This document shows, piece by piece, positions 40,772 through 58,100 of a stretch of DNA of 64,000 bases. Under the pieces are notes generated by a model. It did not search any database. It was not told the DNA's origin and saw only the letters and a list, made by a program, of their open reading frames with translations. A program made the position numbers and the translations under genes. Every line of letters starts with the position of its first letter. Positions within the stretch are counted from its first letter, which is position 1. Source of the stretch: the human T2T-CHM13v2.0 reference genome, Homo sapiens; the NCBI RefSeq assembly GCF_009914755.1, contig NC_060937.1; one strand, written 5' to 3'.

Positions 40772-42116
40772 AATAAATGCTCAACAAATACTAAGCATTT
40801 TTATACTGGGTATGATTATTCACTCTTCTGGTCATTGTTTCTCACACCACTATCTGTATGCTAATTTTACTTAAATTTATGCAGCAAATCAATTTTATGC
40901 ATATAATAATCTCAAATTCAACCCCAACAATATTTTGCTTATACAATTGCCTTTCAATTTAATCATCATACTTTGTTTTCTATCTCTATGAGGAAGTTCA
41001 TCCTTGACTGATCTAACTTTGCCAGGAGTTCAGAATGCACTTATTTTCTTTTATTTTTACTTTGCTTTTCTTTTAGTTCACATACATTTAGTAATGTTTC
41101 ATCTCTACTATAATTCCTAAAAGTTTGTCATACTCTATCTCATGTCTATCATGATGTTACCACAAAGAATCCCATTTGTAAAATATCATCTTTCAACTTT
41201 TACCTATATTATTTTAATAGTTTCCAAATGGAGACTTTTATTTAATAAAAGGGAAATCAAATCAGGTCACTAAAATTACAGCAGAACAAACCCTCTGTAG
41301 CACAGTGAGCAAGGTTCTTCATAAGTTACTTGTTTAGCTCCTTGCAATTTGGGCTGCAGCCATAATAATCAACATAAAGCACGTCAAACACATCATGCTA
41401 TTTTATTCTTTGGTGCTTTTTCTTACTGTAGCAGGAATGTCCTTCTCATCGTTCAAAAATCCTCCTGTTAAGAAGTTTTATGGCTTTTCCATCTACCAAT
41501 GGAAATGAAAACTTATTCCTTGAGTGTCCCAAGTCCCCTTTGAATACATCGAGCACAGTCCTTCAATCTTTGTGTGGCATTATATGTTTATGCAGATTTT
41601 ACAAACTTAGTGAAAAGGACTATGACTCATTAGTCTTGTCTGTTTGAATAGCTAATCATGTCTGGCTCATCTTCCTCCTCTGTATCAAATTCACATTGAT
41701 AATGCCATAAATAACATTGATTAAGTGTGAGGTAATATAACTAGGTTTGTTAAATAATAATGGTATTAATTTGCTGAATTCAATTCTGTAAAGTAATTGA
41801 ACTTCTTTATTTACAACGTGCTGTACTGATTCTTTCTGATATACAAAGTCCACAAATAAGAGAGCCAAAGCATTTTCCTGCCTTCAAGGAAGTAGTATTG
41901 TACACACACCTGGAAGACAAAGTAAGTAATACCATGTAGATGTAAATAAACTATAAGACTAATTTCACCGTAGAGCATTTTGTTGGTTTTGATAAATAAA
42001 ACATATTTGGTCTGAGGTTTAAAGTGCACACAGAAATATTAAAGAATGACAAATTCTTCTGCATTGCAACTTGAAAGGTCAAATAAATAAAAGCAAATAC
42101 AAATAAAAAGTTCCAA

Positions 42117-42548
42117 GGGTTTTTGTCATTGGTTCTGTTTATGTGATGGATTACGTCTATTGATTTGCGTATGTTGAACCAGCCTTGCATCCCAGGGATG
42201 AAGCCAACTTGATTGTGGTCAATAAGCTTTTATTGTGCTGCTGGATTTGGTTTGCAAGTATTTTATTGAGGACTTTCACATGGATGTTCATCAGGGATAT
42301 TGGCCTGAAATTTTCTTTTTTTGTTGTGTCTCTGCCAGGTTTTGGTATCAGGATGATGCTGGCCTCATAAAATGAGTTAGGGAGGAGTCCCTCTTTTTCT
42401 ACTGTTTGGAATAGTTTCAGAAGGAATGGTACCAGCTCCTCTTTGTACCTCTGTTAGAATTCGGCTGTGAATCTGTCTGGTTCTGGGCTTTTTTGGTTGG
42501 TAGGCTGTTAATTAATGCCTCAATTTCATAACTTGTTATTGGTCTATT
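42117..42548 (-). mobile_element. Inverted 5' segment of L1PA (ORF2 RT region)
   Basis: Minus-strand translation [24 protein letters not shown] is L1 ORF2p; abuts the sense segment at about 42549. Confidence 0.93.
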
Positions 42549-44795
<2,247 letters not shown>

Positions 44796-45344
44796 ACAAA
44801 CAAAGTGACAAGAAATGCAGTACCCTGGGTGTAGGAAATTTGTGGAAGAATAAAAGAATAGTTGTTTGTAGAAAACAGATTTTTACTGGAATCCACAAGG
44901 AGTCAAGAGTACTAGAAATGGCATATACATGTTGGCAGATAGGAGACTATAAAACTATATATATGTTGAGATACACATGTATTTATATAAATATCTGAAC
45001 TTTTTATAAAATACATAATGTAAATTATAAAATACTCCTATAAATATGTAATATCTGAACTATATAAATATTTATATAAACTATAAAAGTATGTCATTTA
45101 TATGAAAGTAGCTTTGCAATATTAACTCGTGTAGTGTGTCAAGCTTTATATACTATATATACACATATAATAGAGCAAGAGAGAGAAAATAGGAATGGGA
45201 GATAGAGACAGGATATAATATAATATTTGTTTAACTTAAAAGGATCCAGTGCTTCTTTGTGCTGGCAGCATGTGTATATATATGCATATACATATGTGAG
45301 AGATATATAGATATACATGTATACATATATATATATATCACATC

Positions 45345-45715
45345 CATATATCAGACATAAATTCAACTATATTAGTAGTTACATTAAACAGAAATTACAA
45401 ACACATGATGTTCAAAGGCAAAGATTGTAAGATTGGAATAAAATAAAAACAAGATTCAATGATATACTGTCTGCCCTCTACCTGTGATATATTTCAAATT
45501 AAAATACCCGAATAGTTTTAAAGTAAAGAAATTGGAAACCATATACCAAGTAATCAGTAACCAATAGAGAGCTGGAATGACTAAACTTATACCAAACAAT
45601 GTATACTTAATGTATAGAATGTCTTCAAAGTAAAAGCAGGACTTTTTTAAGGATTAAAAAGTCAATACATTAGAAAGATGGAGAAATTTTGAATGTATAT
45701 CCAGATAACATGGTC
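45345..45715 (+). mobile_element. Old L1M ORF2 endonuclease-region fragment
   Basis: AAGGCAAAGATTGTAAGATTGGA..ATATACTGTCT..AGAGAGCTGGAATGACTA..AAAGTCAATACATTAGAAAGAT. Confidence 0.65.
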
Positions 45716-45884
45716 TACGTAAGTTAATTTTCATTTACTTCTGTTAATAAACCGACAAACTTTATTTCACCATTTACTTATGACTGAGATTAAAGAAAAA
45801 GTTTAACCCATCATACATTACCTAGTCATACAATACAATTTTATATAGTACCCCAAATCACACATTTTTTTCATGAACTACATG

Positions 45885-46945
45885 TTTTAGCAGCTTCATT
45901 TTGATATAATATTTTATATTATTGAGATACAAAACCATAATATTCACTCAAATTGTACAATTCAATGCTTCCTTGGAATACTCATAGTTGTACCATTATC
46001 ACAAAACCTAATTTTAGAACATATTCATCACGTCTAATCTACCCATTAGCAATCACTCTCTATCTCTCTCCTCCTCACATATAGGCAACCACTAATCTAC
46101 TTTGTTTTACTATAGATTTGGCTATTCTAGACATTTTGTACAAATGGAGTCATACAATATGTCATCATTTGAGACTGGCTATTTGCATTTAGAATGATGT
46201 TTCATAGTTCATGCATATTATAGAAGGTACAACACTTCATTCCTTTTTATTGCTGAGTAACCTTCCATTGCATGGCTAAACTACATTTTATTGATTTATT
46301 CACCAATTTATGGACATTTTGAAATTTTTCACTTTTATGTGGTTATGAGTAATGCTGATATAAACATGTACAAGATATTTTCTGGATTTTTGTGGTTTTC
46401 ATTTCTTTTGGGTATGTAATTAGAAGTTGAATTACTGGATCATATTATAAATCTATGTTTAAATTGTTTGAAAACTGTCAAACTATTTTCCAAATTGGTT
46501 GTAATAGTTCACATTCCACTAGCAATGGATGATTGTTCCAATGTAGTCACATTATCACCACCACTTGTTATATTCTGTCTTCTGATTTTTACTATCTAAT
46601 TTTATATGTAGTAGCATTGTATTGTGGTTTTAATTTTTATTCCATGAATGACTAATGATAATGTGCATCTTCTCATGTGCTTGCTGGCCTTTGGCATATT
46701 TTCTTTGGAGAAATATTGGAATAAAATTATTTGTCCATTTTTAAAATCAGCCTGTGTTTTTATCATTGAGTCATTAGTTTCCTTTATATAGTCTAGATCT
46801 AAGCCCCTTATAAGACATATGACTTGAAAATATCCCAAATATTGGTGGTCATTTTACTTTTTTGATATTACTTACAGCACAAAAATTTTAATTTTGATGT
46901 AATCTAATTTATCTATTTTTTAATTTTACTCTTATCATTTTGATA
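45885..46945 (-). mobile_element. L1MB-like 3' end
   Basis: GGCAACCACTAATCTACTTT..AATGGAGTCATACAATATGT..CATCTTCTCATGTGCTTGCTGGCC..TCTTTGGAGAAAT. Confidence 0.85.
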
Positions 46946-48826
46946 TGACGTAGTAGCACTGGGACTTCTAAAAGTATCCACATTCAAATCAAGTGATAGA
47001 ATCACCAAGGTAGACACAGGGCCCAGCATCAATGGTAATTGTGTCTTCATCAGACTCGTTCCTTGGTAAAATGACTGTAATTCTGTCAAATCACATCTGA
47101 GGGATTTTTTTTTTTAACAAGTTGACTGGTATTTTTGTTAACTCAACAATAATATATGAAGTTATTTTCTGCTGAATTTCGGAGGCTATTTCTGCTGCAT
47201 ATATTATTATGTAAACTGCCTGCTACAGCTACCAAGATAATAAATAATTAGTCAAATTTATCCGACATAATCTTTTGAAAGACTATTTGGAAGTAAAAGA
47301 GTTTCAATGTTGGTGAATTGTTTTACAAGCTCTAAATATTTTTTGATAATAATTTTTAAATTTCTTTTCATTTAAGGAAATACTTTTCACCCTATTGTGT
47401 ATATCCTGGTAGAAGTTAAGTTCTATTTACTTTTATTTCTGAACATAGGAAAGAAGTATAATTAAAAACTAGGCCAATTCAATGGTGTTTTTTGGAAAGT
47501 AAACTTTGAAAATGATTGGTGTTTATTTATTATAATGAATTTTTCCTAAAATTTCTGGTTCTTAGTTCTAGTCAATATTTCAACTTTACCACAGACTTAA
47601 TGAGCTATTTGTTATTTTCAACAAAAGATATTTTCCTCACAAAGCACAATATTTGTAAAGTCACTTTCAAAGACTTTAAAAAATAATTTGAAAAAAAGTA
47701 TAAAGTAGTTCTACAAAAATTAATAGAACAAATAGTTTTATTCTAAACTATATAGTTAAGTTCATATCAGATTAACAAATTAAGACTCTGAGAAAGAATA
47801 TAAATAAGCTCATCACTCCAGTTCTGTAACTGCTGACATTTGTTAAAAAGTAAATCTCAGATTGACTTTTTAAGTTATCAACTGCTTCTTGTTTCCTCAA
47901 AGGCATTTTGTACTTGAAAATATTTGTCATATTAACATAATTCAATCTGCTAGAAATCTGAAGGAAGATACAAAGAAGAAAAGTTTACAGTAAATCTGTC
48001 TCTCTCTTTCATTTTTACCATGCAAATACCATCTAAACAGTTATTTCACATTTAAAGAAAATCATAATCTATAACCTTTGAACCCTCTTCATGATGGCAT
48101 ATTGCTCGTAGCTATAACTACTAATTGAGAAAATGGAGCATAAAATTACTAAAGAAGCATAGAGAACTAATATTTAAAATCACAGGAAAAGTTAATTAAT
48201 TGAGAGAGCAATCAACAGAAATAGAGAGTGCTATTTAGAAAATGATTATGTGAACTATGATAGAGGTGAAGATGGGAGAAGATAAAACACAGAATGTCAT
48301 TAATTTCATTACTTTTTATAAAGTTAGGAAAATTAAATGCCATGACTTTAATAGTATTCAAATGAAAGAATGACAGCTTGAATACATTTGAAGGCATTAT
48401 ATTTCAGAAACATTGTTTAGGGCCAGTTGTAGCCTAATAGCGTGTCTAGGTTTCTTTGGTGTAAAAAGCGTGTTTAAGGTAATTCCTCAAATCTTCTTCC
48501 CAACTTTTACCCATCACTAGCATTCTCTCCCTTAACAAGAATTCCTAGTTTTGCTTTGCATCTAGGTTTAATCTAGGACTGTTTTCTTATTTGAAATTTC
48601 TCATTCATTTAGAAATGAATGATTTCTAAATAATTGCCAATTTCTAAGGTAATTATAAGGCACAGTAATGGAAAATACGCCCTTCTTAATAAAAGCACTG
48701 TAAAAATTGGGATTTTTTTATTTTTTATTATTTTATTTTTTTATATTCTTAAAATTCCCTATTTTATTTGCAGTACTTTATTTATTTACTTCCCCGAGAA
48801 ATGAGGGATAAAATATCTGTAACAGC

Positions 48827-49118
48827 ATATATACGTGTGTGCATGTGTGTGTGTATTTTATATGTGTATGTGTATATGTGTGTGTATACATATGTGTGTA
48901 TATATATATTTTTTATCCAATACATACATCCTGGTGTCATCTTGTGCCTGTGAGTAGCAAAACATAAGTGTTACAAATGTTTATTTCCTAGTACTAATCT
49001 CAGTTTAATTTTTGTGTTTCATTTCCCCTTCTTTATTTTGCTTTATCAATGATACTTATTTTTAGTTATCCGTGTGTGTGTATATATATACACACACACA
49101 CACACACATATGTATATC
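48827..49118. repeat. (TG/TA/CA)n microsatellite cluster
   Basis: Degenerate TG/TA run at 48827-48908 and (TG)(TA)(CA) run at about 49072-49116. Confidence 0.8.
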
Positions 49119-52010
49119 TTTTGATTTGTTTTGTTTTGCATGGGAGGATATTTGAGTCAAAACACATGTAACTCCCAATCTCTTTTCTAAGAAACTCACT
49201 TTACTTACAATATAGCATGAGGAAGTTCAAGCTTAAGGTAATTCTCAAGAACAGTGAAAGTTGTAATAAAAGGAAAATGGGAGGAAATATGTGAATTTAA
49301 TGAAGATAAAGCATAGACTCTAGGTCAGCTAGTTTACAGGAGGAACCACCAGGAAATCATTCTCTTGAACTCGGAACAAATATCAAACATGGATTTCCAA
49401 AACTATCCCTTCAAAAGAATTACAGTTTGATACAGTAATACTGTAGAACAGTTTATGCCCTAGGGAACTGTGGAGAACACACATCAATCAGCCAGCAATT
49501 AGTGGAATTTAACAGCTGGATTTGGTCAGGGAAAGAAGAACCTGTGCCTCCTGGGGAAGAATAGAGGCTTACCAATGTCTGGGGTGAAAGAATTTAGTAA
49601 AATAAGCCAGGCACTCCTATAAAATAAACAAGCCAACAACAAGAGCACATTGCGGAAGGGACAGTGGAAGTGCCCAGAGTGTCAACAATATATTAAATGT
49701 TCAATTTTTTTGCTGTGAATTATGAGGCATGCAAAGAAACAAGAAAGTGTGAACCATATTCTTGGAATAAAATTTGTTAATTATGTCCAGAAGTAATTTT
49801 TAAAGTACTTTCTGTTTTGCTGGCACAAATTCACCATTCCTATGACAATTCTGATTCACTGTATTAGGTTTATATTGATTGATATTACATTAACCTTTGA
49901 AGCTAACTGCTAACAACTACCTTCACCAGGTCTAAACAAGAATAATAATTGACTTCAGGTATAAGTCTCATTTTCTGAAATTAATTGCTTTCATTTATGG
50001 TCTTCGGAACTTATAAAGTTACTTAATTCATGCTAACAATATCAAATTTATCTAGAAAAAAATTTAGGAAATCTTATCGCAAGATTTTTTAAAAATTATG
50101 TACATGTATACCTTACAAAAGAAAATAATATGTATTATATGATGGCTTACATCTTTGAGAAACGACTTCTGAGGCAGAGATTTACATAAACATTAGGGAG
50201 TACACTCAAGAACAGCCTCTGTCTGTGAGTGAGTGAAATAGGATTGTGTAGAGGCTGGTGTTTAACTTTAATGCAGTTGCCTTATCTGACCTATATAATA
50301 CACAGCATATGCTGTAATCAAAACAAAAAATTAAATATATATAATATTTAAATACTATAAAACAGAAAGCCAATAGTTAATAATAAGATGCTATGAATAC
50401 ATCTTTCTCTTTATTTACTCATTACTGATAATTAAAAGTATTTACCTTCTCAAAAATGAAAAAGAAAACAAAAAAAATCAACTTAGGGAAAGAAAATATG
50501 TGTATAGCGTTCAATTGATCATTCAACATATATATTTTGTCTACTGAATGTGAGTCAAATATTATACATGAGACTGAGAATAAGTCAGAATTATTCATGA
50601 ATAACCTGGAGCCATCATAGAAGCAGACATAAAGCCAATATTAATACAAAAATAACTATTTTTAATGTTACCCATTATTCTGAAGGAAAGCTAGAGGGTA
50701 TTATAAAAGTATGTGTTAGGTTATCAAAGCTCCTTGGTGTGGGGATTAGGGAGTGTTTCCATCAAGAAAGGCCCTGAAGTATGAGTTTGAGTTGATATCA
50801 GATATCAAAGGCTAATCAAAATCTCAAGACTAAAAGTAATATGGGGAAGGTAGTTCAAAGAAAATAGCTAAACTTATTTAGGTTATTGGATATATATACC
50901 TAAAGACTTTATTATATAGTAATAAAACCATATTATATAGTTTTGTTTTATTAGCCTACATATGTAGACACAGGCTGAACCAATAAGTTTACATTTAAAT
51001 GAATTATAATCAAAGAATATATCAATTGCCAATATGTACTCAAAAGATGTTGAATGTCTAAAAGATTTATTATTCAGAAAAAACACAGTTAAAGTCCAAC
51101 ATGTTTGCTAATATGAGAAATAAAACAGAATTTCTAACATTATCACTCTTATGTAAGTTTATTATAAAAATTATAACCAATGAAATAATGAAGATTATAA
51201 TTTAATGACAACAATAACTTTCCTAACAGAAGCAATAAAATTTCCTTCATAATCAGATTTTATATTTAACCACTTAAAACAAAAAGAAGAAACAACTCAA
51301 CATTATTAAGCTTATAAAGTATTCAATAATGGTAAGTAAGTATGCAAAAATCCATTACTTTTTAAATACAATATATTGTTAGAAGAATGCCATACATACC
51401 CGCTATGAGGATTTGCTACAAATGAGAATTAATTTGAAATACATTTTTAGGGGTTATTTAGAATGTTGAAAACGTCTAAATAATCCCTTAAAGCAGTAAA
51501 GAAAAAGATAATATTACAGATTAGGAAGTCTAGAAATAGTCATTTATAAATTTTCTCTAAATAAATATGAGTGCCCTAGCCATATAGTTTTTTTTTTTTT
51601 CTGGCAATGCAGAGTAGTCTGATCTACACATTAGGACTGTTAACTAGTACTCCTATCATAAATAACTAGGATACTAGAAAAATTAGACAAAATGACAATT
51701 TCAAATAGTGACAACAGGTGATAAGAACTGAGAGAACAGGCACAAATGAGGTGAGGGGCATAATTGTACCACCTTTATAATTCATGAATTTCCTGAATAC
51801 CAGCTTAGGAAGAGGGACCCAAGAAGGTAGTTGTACTCTCACTTAGTTGGAAAGACAGAGATCTACATTTAGAGATGCTTAGTTTCCTTGTGTATGGGGG
51901 GCGGAAATGCCGGATGGGAAGAGATGAAACAGATACATAGTTCTAGAAATCTGCATAGAGATCTCCTTGGGTCTTTTGTTGAATAGCAAGTTGTGTATGC
52001 TGAAACTGAG

Positions 52011-52536
52011 TGTGATGGTTACTGTTGAGTGTCATCTTGATTGGGTTGAAAGATGCAAAGTATTGTTCCTGGGTGTGTCTGTGAGGGTGTTGCCAAAGGA
52101 GGTTAACATTTGAGTTAGTGGACTGGGAGAGGCAGACCCACCCTTCATCTGGGTGGGCACAATCTAATCAGCTGCCAATTTTGCTAGAAAAAAGCAGACT
52201 TGCTGAGTCTTCCAGCCTTCAGATCTTTTTCCCTTGCTGGATGCCTTCTGCCTTCGAACATCAGACTCCAAGTTCTTCAGCTTTTGGACTTTTGGACTTA
52301 CACCAGTGATTTGCCAGGGGCTCTCGGGCTTTCAGCCACAGACTGAAGTCTGCATTGTCGGCTTACCTACTTTTAAGGTTTTGGGACTCGAACTGGCTTC
52401 CTTGATCCTCAGTTTGCAGAGGCCTATTGTGGGACTTCACCCTGTGGTCCTGTGAATGATACTCCTTAAAAAACTCCCCTTTATTTATACATATATGCTA
52501 TTAGTTCTGTCTCTCTGAAGAACCCTGAGTAATACA
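52011..52536 (+). mobile_element. MLT2A (HERV-L) solo LTR
   Basis: TGTGATGGTTA..GAGTGTCATCTTGATTGG..GGGTGTGTCTGTGAGGGTGTTGCCAAAGGAG..GAACCCTGAGTAATACA; near-TSD CTGAG/CTGGG. Confidence 0.92.
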
Positions 52537-53585
52537 CTGGGTCTCTGTTAAAAGGGCAATAAACAACTTCTATTAAAAGAAAATGTACTATAGAGCTATA
52601 TGCTAAGCAATGAGCAGCACAGGACATGTTCAAGTCCCAAACAACCAGAGTGGACACATGTCATTAAAAACACAGGGCATTCTAGAGAGGAAGGCCAGAA
52701 AGGCCTCACATTACAAGTTGGAGTCCACTATCTCTAGAGAACGCTACTAACAAAACTTAAATGAAGTTTAAAAATAAACTACAACAGTACAGACGAATGT
52801 ACACATAAATTAACTACATGCTTATAAAATGTCCACATTATTTGAAAGAAATAGTGCAAAAGTTGGACAAAGTTAATGTTTGCAATGCACTATATCCAGG
52901 AGAGATTTCTAGATGAGTGAAGAACCAGGAAAATGGGATCTATAACCAATAGGACATTTAGTCATTAGAAATAGACCCAGAAATGACATAAATGATGGAA
53001 TTAGCAAGTAACAACTTTAAGATATCAATTTGATAGAGGGGATGACAGATGAATAATCAGACAGGCTGATGGATGGAAGTTCTGGGATTTAAAATAAAAT
53101 ATAAACAGAAGAAGAGAAATAGAAATTACACAGCAGAACCCAGTAAAAATTCCAAGACAGAAGAATAAAATGTCTGGAAAAAATTAACTGGATGGACTTA
53201 ACAAAATATGTGACAGTGCAGAGAAAAGTTAAGTGAACTTAAAGAAAAATCATAGAAACCATCCAATTGAAGGACAGAGAGAAAAAAAATTGAAAATAAA
53301 TTGAACATAGCGTCAGAGAACAAATGAGATAATATTAAGCATTGTAATCTATCTGTAGTTGCACTCCCAGAAATAAATGGAAAATTTGGATTTAGAAAAA
53401 TATTTAAAGATACATTGCCACTTTTTGGAAAATTTAATGGAAATTATAAACACAGCAATCAATAAAGCAAAAGAAAAATCTGCAAATTCATTCACATACA
53501 CACACACATCCCTCAAAGTGGCAAATTTCTGTAAACAAGTGATGCAGAAAAAATTAATAAAAGCTGCCAGAAGAAAAAAACTTCA

Positions 53586-53890
53586 GACCAGGCGCAGTGG
53601 CTCACGCCTGTAACCCCAGCTCTTTGGGATGCCAAGGCTGGTGGATCAGGAAGTCAGGAGACTGAGACCACCCTGGTCAACATGGTGAAACCTGTCTCTA
53701 CTAAAAATACAAAAATTAGCTGGGTGTGGTGGCACGTGCCTGTAATCCAGCTGCTGGGGAGGCTGAGGCAGGAGAATTGCTTTAACCCAGGAGGCAGAGA
53801 TGACAGTGAGCCAAGATCACAGCACTGCACTCCTGCCTGGCACAGAGCGAGACTCAGTCTCAAAAAAAAAAAAAAAAAAGAAAAAAGAAA
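53586..53890 (+). mobile_element. AluSc-like, full length
   Basis: Dimer with long A tail; TSD AAAAAAACTTCA. Confidence 0.93.
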
Positions 53891-56859
53891 AAAAAAAAAC
53901 TTCAAATGCATTCAATGGAACTAAGATAAACACAATTACAGATGTCTCCTTCGAAATAATATAAGATATAACAAAGTGAAAGGATATTTGAAAATCTATA
54001 ATTAAAAACCTCGAATCTAAAATTCTATACCCAACGAATATGACAAAGTAGTGTCACACATGTAGGAGCTTAAAGAAATTGTTAACAACAGACCTAAATA
54101 ATAAGAAATTTTAAAGGAAACATTGAGAGTAAAGGAAAACTAGTCTCAATAGAAAGTCAGATTTGTAAAATGAAATTAAGAATATCAGAAACACTCAATG
54201 TGTACTAAAGATAAAAAACAGTTCTTTTCCCCTAAATTTTGTCTGCTTTAAAATATAACACAGTTTAAAGTTAAATAATAGCACAGACGTGTAAGTTTAG
54301 AATATATGTAGAATTTAATTGTATAACCATAATGACAAAGATGAGGTGTTACAAAATGGAATGTACTGTTTGTTTATGTTTTATTTAAGGTGGTATATTT
54401 TTAAAATAATTTCCAGGATTAAAATAATTAAAACCATTATTAAGCAATCATGACAAAAATTTTCTAATACTAGATATAAAAATTCAACATGAGGCTATTA
54501 CAAGGCTTTTTTCCCAAACAAATATAAATATACGTATCAATGAAAGAGAATGTGACATAAAATATTCAGAAATACGTTAAAAGATGGAATCTTAAATTAG
54601 TGAAACAGTCACTAATTCACTGTACAATAAAATATATATGAGAGGATTTTTACAGAAATATGATATCGTAGGCAAACATCCAAGGAGCACAAACATAAAA
54701 GCTAGCATTGGTTTACTTGAATGTAGATTATTCCTCCTGCTTGAGTATGAACTGCTTTCATTACATAAATAAAAAGCACACAATGTCTCATTTTCTATCT
54801 TCTGTTAAAAGAAAACATTTTTCCTTCTCCATCCAGCATCAATAATAATAATCCATCAAAATCCTTTTGTTGCTTTACTCTGTATCGATATATTATAAAA
54901 TATTGCTCAAGAATTATTAATCTTTGAACAACTTTAAAAGGCTTATGTATTTTGTTAAATTAAACTCTTTACTATCTAGATTAATTTATCCCTATCAATA
55001 TATATTCTTGAAATTTTTTTTGCTTTCTCAAAGATCTAATGCTATTAAACTGCTAACTATTGGGGAAAGCTTTAGAAAAACATCTTAATTAAGTTAATGC
55101 AAAATTATATTAACTATAACATCTTAAATGTAATAAATATAAAATTAAATGCAAAATAAATTGAAGACAAAGTTTAAAACAGATGCTAAATATTGTAGTA
55201 ATGTACATCATATATTTTGCATGTAAAGAGAAATAAAATTTAAATAATCCAAATAAAAATACTATTTTTAAAAATTATGTATTAGAAGCAAACAGAAAAC
55301 AAAAGCCAAAAAAGTGCCAAAGGTGTACATATATTACTTTGGTCATGTATTCTGTGTATATGAAAATGCAAATATTATTTTATTTTATTAACAGTGTTTT
55401 ATATTTTTATACTGTTCTTTAGTTCACCTTATTGAACATTAAAAGGATATAATAAAATTAAAATCATATTAAAAACTAGTGAAATGTTTGTAACATATCT
55501 TATTAAAAAATACACTCAATAGAAAAATGCCAAATGATAAACTTGGTTATATTTACATGAAAAATATATTCAACTTCACTAGAAATTAAATGAATGCAAT
55601 ATTAAACAGAAATTTGGTGCACTTTAATGGTTCAATAGAGATTATTTAGTTAAAATGCTGATGTTTAAGAATTCAGTCATAAGATTTATAATTCACACAC
55701 AGATTTTACAGATTTTAATTGGCCCTCTGGTAACAGGTATCAAGAGCCTTATATGTGTTTATACCTCTTACGTGGGAGTAAGGGTGAAGAACTGAATTAT
55801 AGTGATATTACATATCAGTTTGTTTAATGACACTGAAAAATGATGATGCTATGTATATGTAAAATGGTAAAGCAAAATTACATAAAATTCAAACTTTTTG
55901 CTTAAGCCACAAAATGCTATTATTCCTATTTTTTTTCAATTTACTCTCTACCCAGACTCAGCCAATTTTCATCAAAGAACTATGGATCTTCAGCTGACTG
56001 TGTTGCACCTTCACCCAATAATCTCATCCCACGTCTCAGGAAATAGTGGCGTTAAAGTTTCGTGAGGGTTGATTACCTAGACAGTTCACAAAACAATTTT
56101 CATCAGCTGAATAGATCTATGGAGGTTTTTTCTGGGCACAGAGTTTGTTGTGCATAATGCTCTTCTGCTGGAATATAAAGTAAAATGTTTCCTTGTTCAT
56201 TGGCAAAGACAAAGTAACAAAATTCTGTCAGTATTTGGAATTGTGTTATATAATAATAGCATAGGCATGTTTAAACTAGACAACATATAATATTAAAAAC
56301 AACAAGCAATATTTTTTGAATTCTTAATATGTTTCAAACTTGGTGTTTAGCACTGTTTAAATTATTAGTACATCACATTTATTCCTTATAAACCTAAAGA
56401 CATAAATAAAAACTAATTTGAAATGTACAGTGATAGTTTACAGATTATTTATGCTCTTTCTAAGTTTCCCTGTAAATGCTAAAAATTAACGAAAGGCCTT
56501 TCTGACAATACAGTACCATTTAAAAACTTAATTTCATAATGTTTGCACAATTAATAAGATGTTTATTATTAATGTGTTTACTTGTCACTATCTGGTATGT
56601 TTTGTGGGTCAATCCAGAGTAAATCTGATTAGAAAAATGTTCACTTAAACTAGCATACATTCCAAATGTGTGTTTTAGATGTTATTCTTAAAATAGTCTA
56701 TAAATAGAATATATGTTGTCATAATTTATTGCATGCTATTAAACACATATTGTATTTAAATGAAAAAATGCATTTCAATGCCATATTACCTGCTGACTCC
56801 TTTTATGTAGTGTGCTATTTTATTGCATCACTTACATAAGATAATTGAAATGATCAGTG

Positions 56860-57050
56860 ATGTAGGTGAGTGGTTAATAATGCTGGCTCTTGAGTCAGAA
56901 ATTGTTAGTAGACTCCTGGATTCATCAACAATTAAATGTGAGGCACTGAAAAAGCTACTTTACCTTCCTTGCCTTAGTTTTCTCAATGATAAAATAGGAT
57001 ATTATTTTCTTAATCATAGAATGGTTTCCAATATGTAAGAGTACTTGCAC
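56860..57050 (+). mobile_element. MIR SINE remnant
   Basis: GTGGTTAA..GGCTCTTGAGTCAGA..TGCCTTAGTTTTCTCAATGATAAAATAGGA core. Confidence 0.7.
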
Positions 57051-57831
57051 GACACCTCCTAGGCATATAAAAATATATCAAGAAATAATCAAACATTGCA
57101 TCTGAGAAAATATTTATTTTTCATTTTTTGACACTTAAGAACATGATTATATATGTATTACTTTAAGTAAACAAAAGCTATTTTCCCTAGTTTTAATGCT
57201 CTTTAATTTCCTTTTCTATTCCTAAAATGCTACCATATTTTATTTCTCCAGATAACCTCTCCTCTAAACAAAAGTCCTGAATAATCAAATTGAGCCAGTA
57301 TAAGCATTTGGATTATGTATGTATAACAAAGCAGAAAAAATCTGAAATTGAAATTATTATATCATACATCACATGATATTGTGGAAAGACATTCTAGGTT
57401 TATATAATACAAATTTAGAGTCTCCATGAAGCATTCTTTAATTTACCTAAAATTATTACAGAAGTATTTCATCCAAAAAATGTTCTGGGGATAAAAATAA
57501 AAAGTCTGACATTGAGCTTATGCCTTAATATGTTATTCTTTTATTGAATTAGAAATCAAGAAGATAACATGTCATACTTCAATATAGTGGTAAAAATTAA
57601 ACAATAGAATATTTAAAATACTCACTTTCCACTTTAATCCTTCTAAAACATTCTGTATGGTGGGTTTCTATTCAGTATACTTTGAGACATAACCCTACTT
57701 ATCTTCACAAATTGTTTTACATGTATTGATTGTTGGAATGTTCATTCTTTAGAAGTTAGTTTTGTAATAACATGTTTCCAATATTAATTTATGTGGAAAG
57801 TGCAAATTACTAATTTGTTGGTGTTTATTAC

Positions 57832-58100
57832 CAGGGGGAAGACAATTTTTCCATGGATGGAAGTGCGTGGGGGAAATGAATCTGTTCCACTTAAGATCAT
57901 TGGGCATTAGATTCTTGTAAGGAGCATGCAACCTAGGTCCCTCACATGCACAGTTCACAATAGGTTTCACACTCCTATAGAATTTATTGCAGCTGCTGAT
58001 CTGTCCGGCTCAGGTGGTAATATTCAATTGACAGTGGCTCGCCTCCTGCTGTGTGGCCCAGTTCTTAACAGGCCAGTGGCTTGGGGGTTGGGGACCCCTG
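57832..58100. mobile_element. MER1B-like hAT-Charlie DNA transposon fossil
   Basis: GGAAGACAATTTTTCCATGGA..GGCATTAGATTCT..CATGCACAGTTCACAATAGG..GGGGTTGGGGACCCCTG terminus. Confidence 0.87.

Larger units (their letters stand above)
51630..54470 (+). mobile_element. Old L1M 5' UTR/ORF1 remnant, interrupted by MLT2A and Alu
   Basis: AGAAATAGACCCAGAAATGACATAAATGATGGAATTAGCA..ACTGGATGGACTTAACA..AGTGAACTTAAAGA ORF1-like phrases. Confidence 0.65.

Noticed and set aside
44950-45345. AT-rich quasi-palindromic region as a structured RNA
   Set aside because: Low-complexity (TA)n-type sequence is self-complementary by composition; the same applies near 13.5, 15.2 and 19.9 kb
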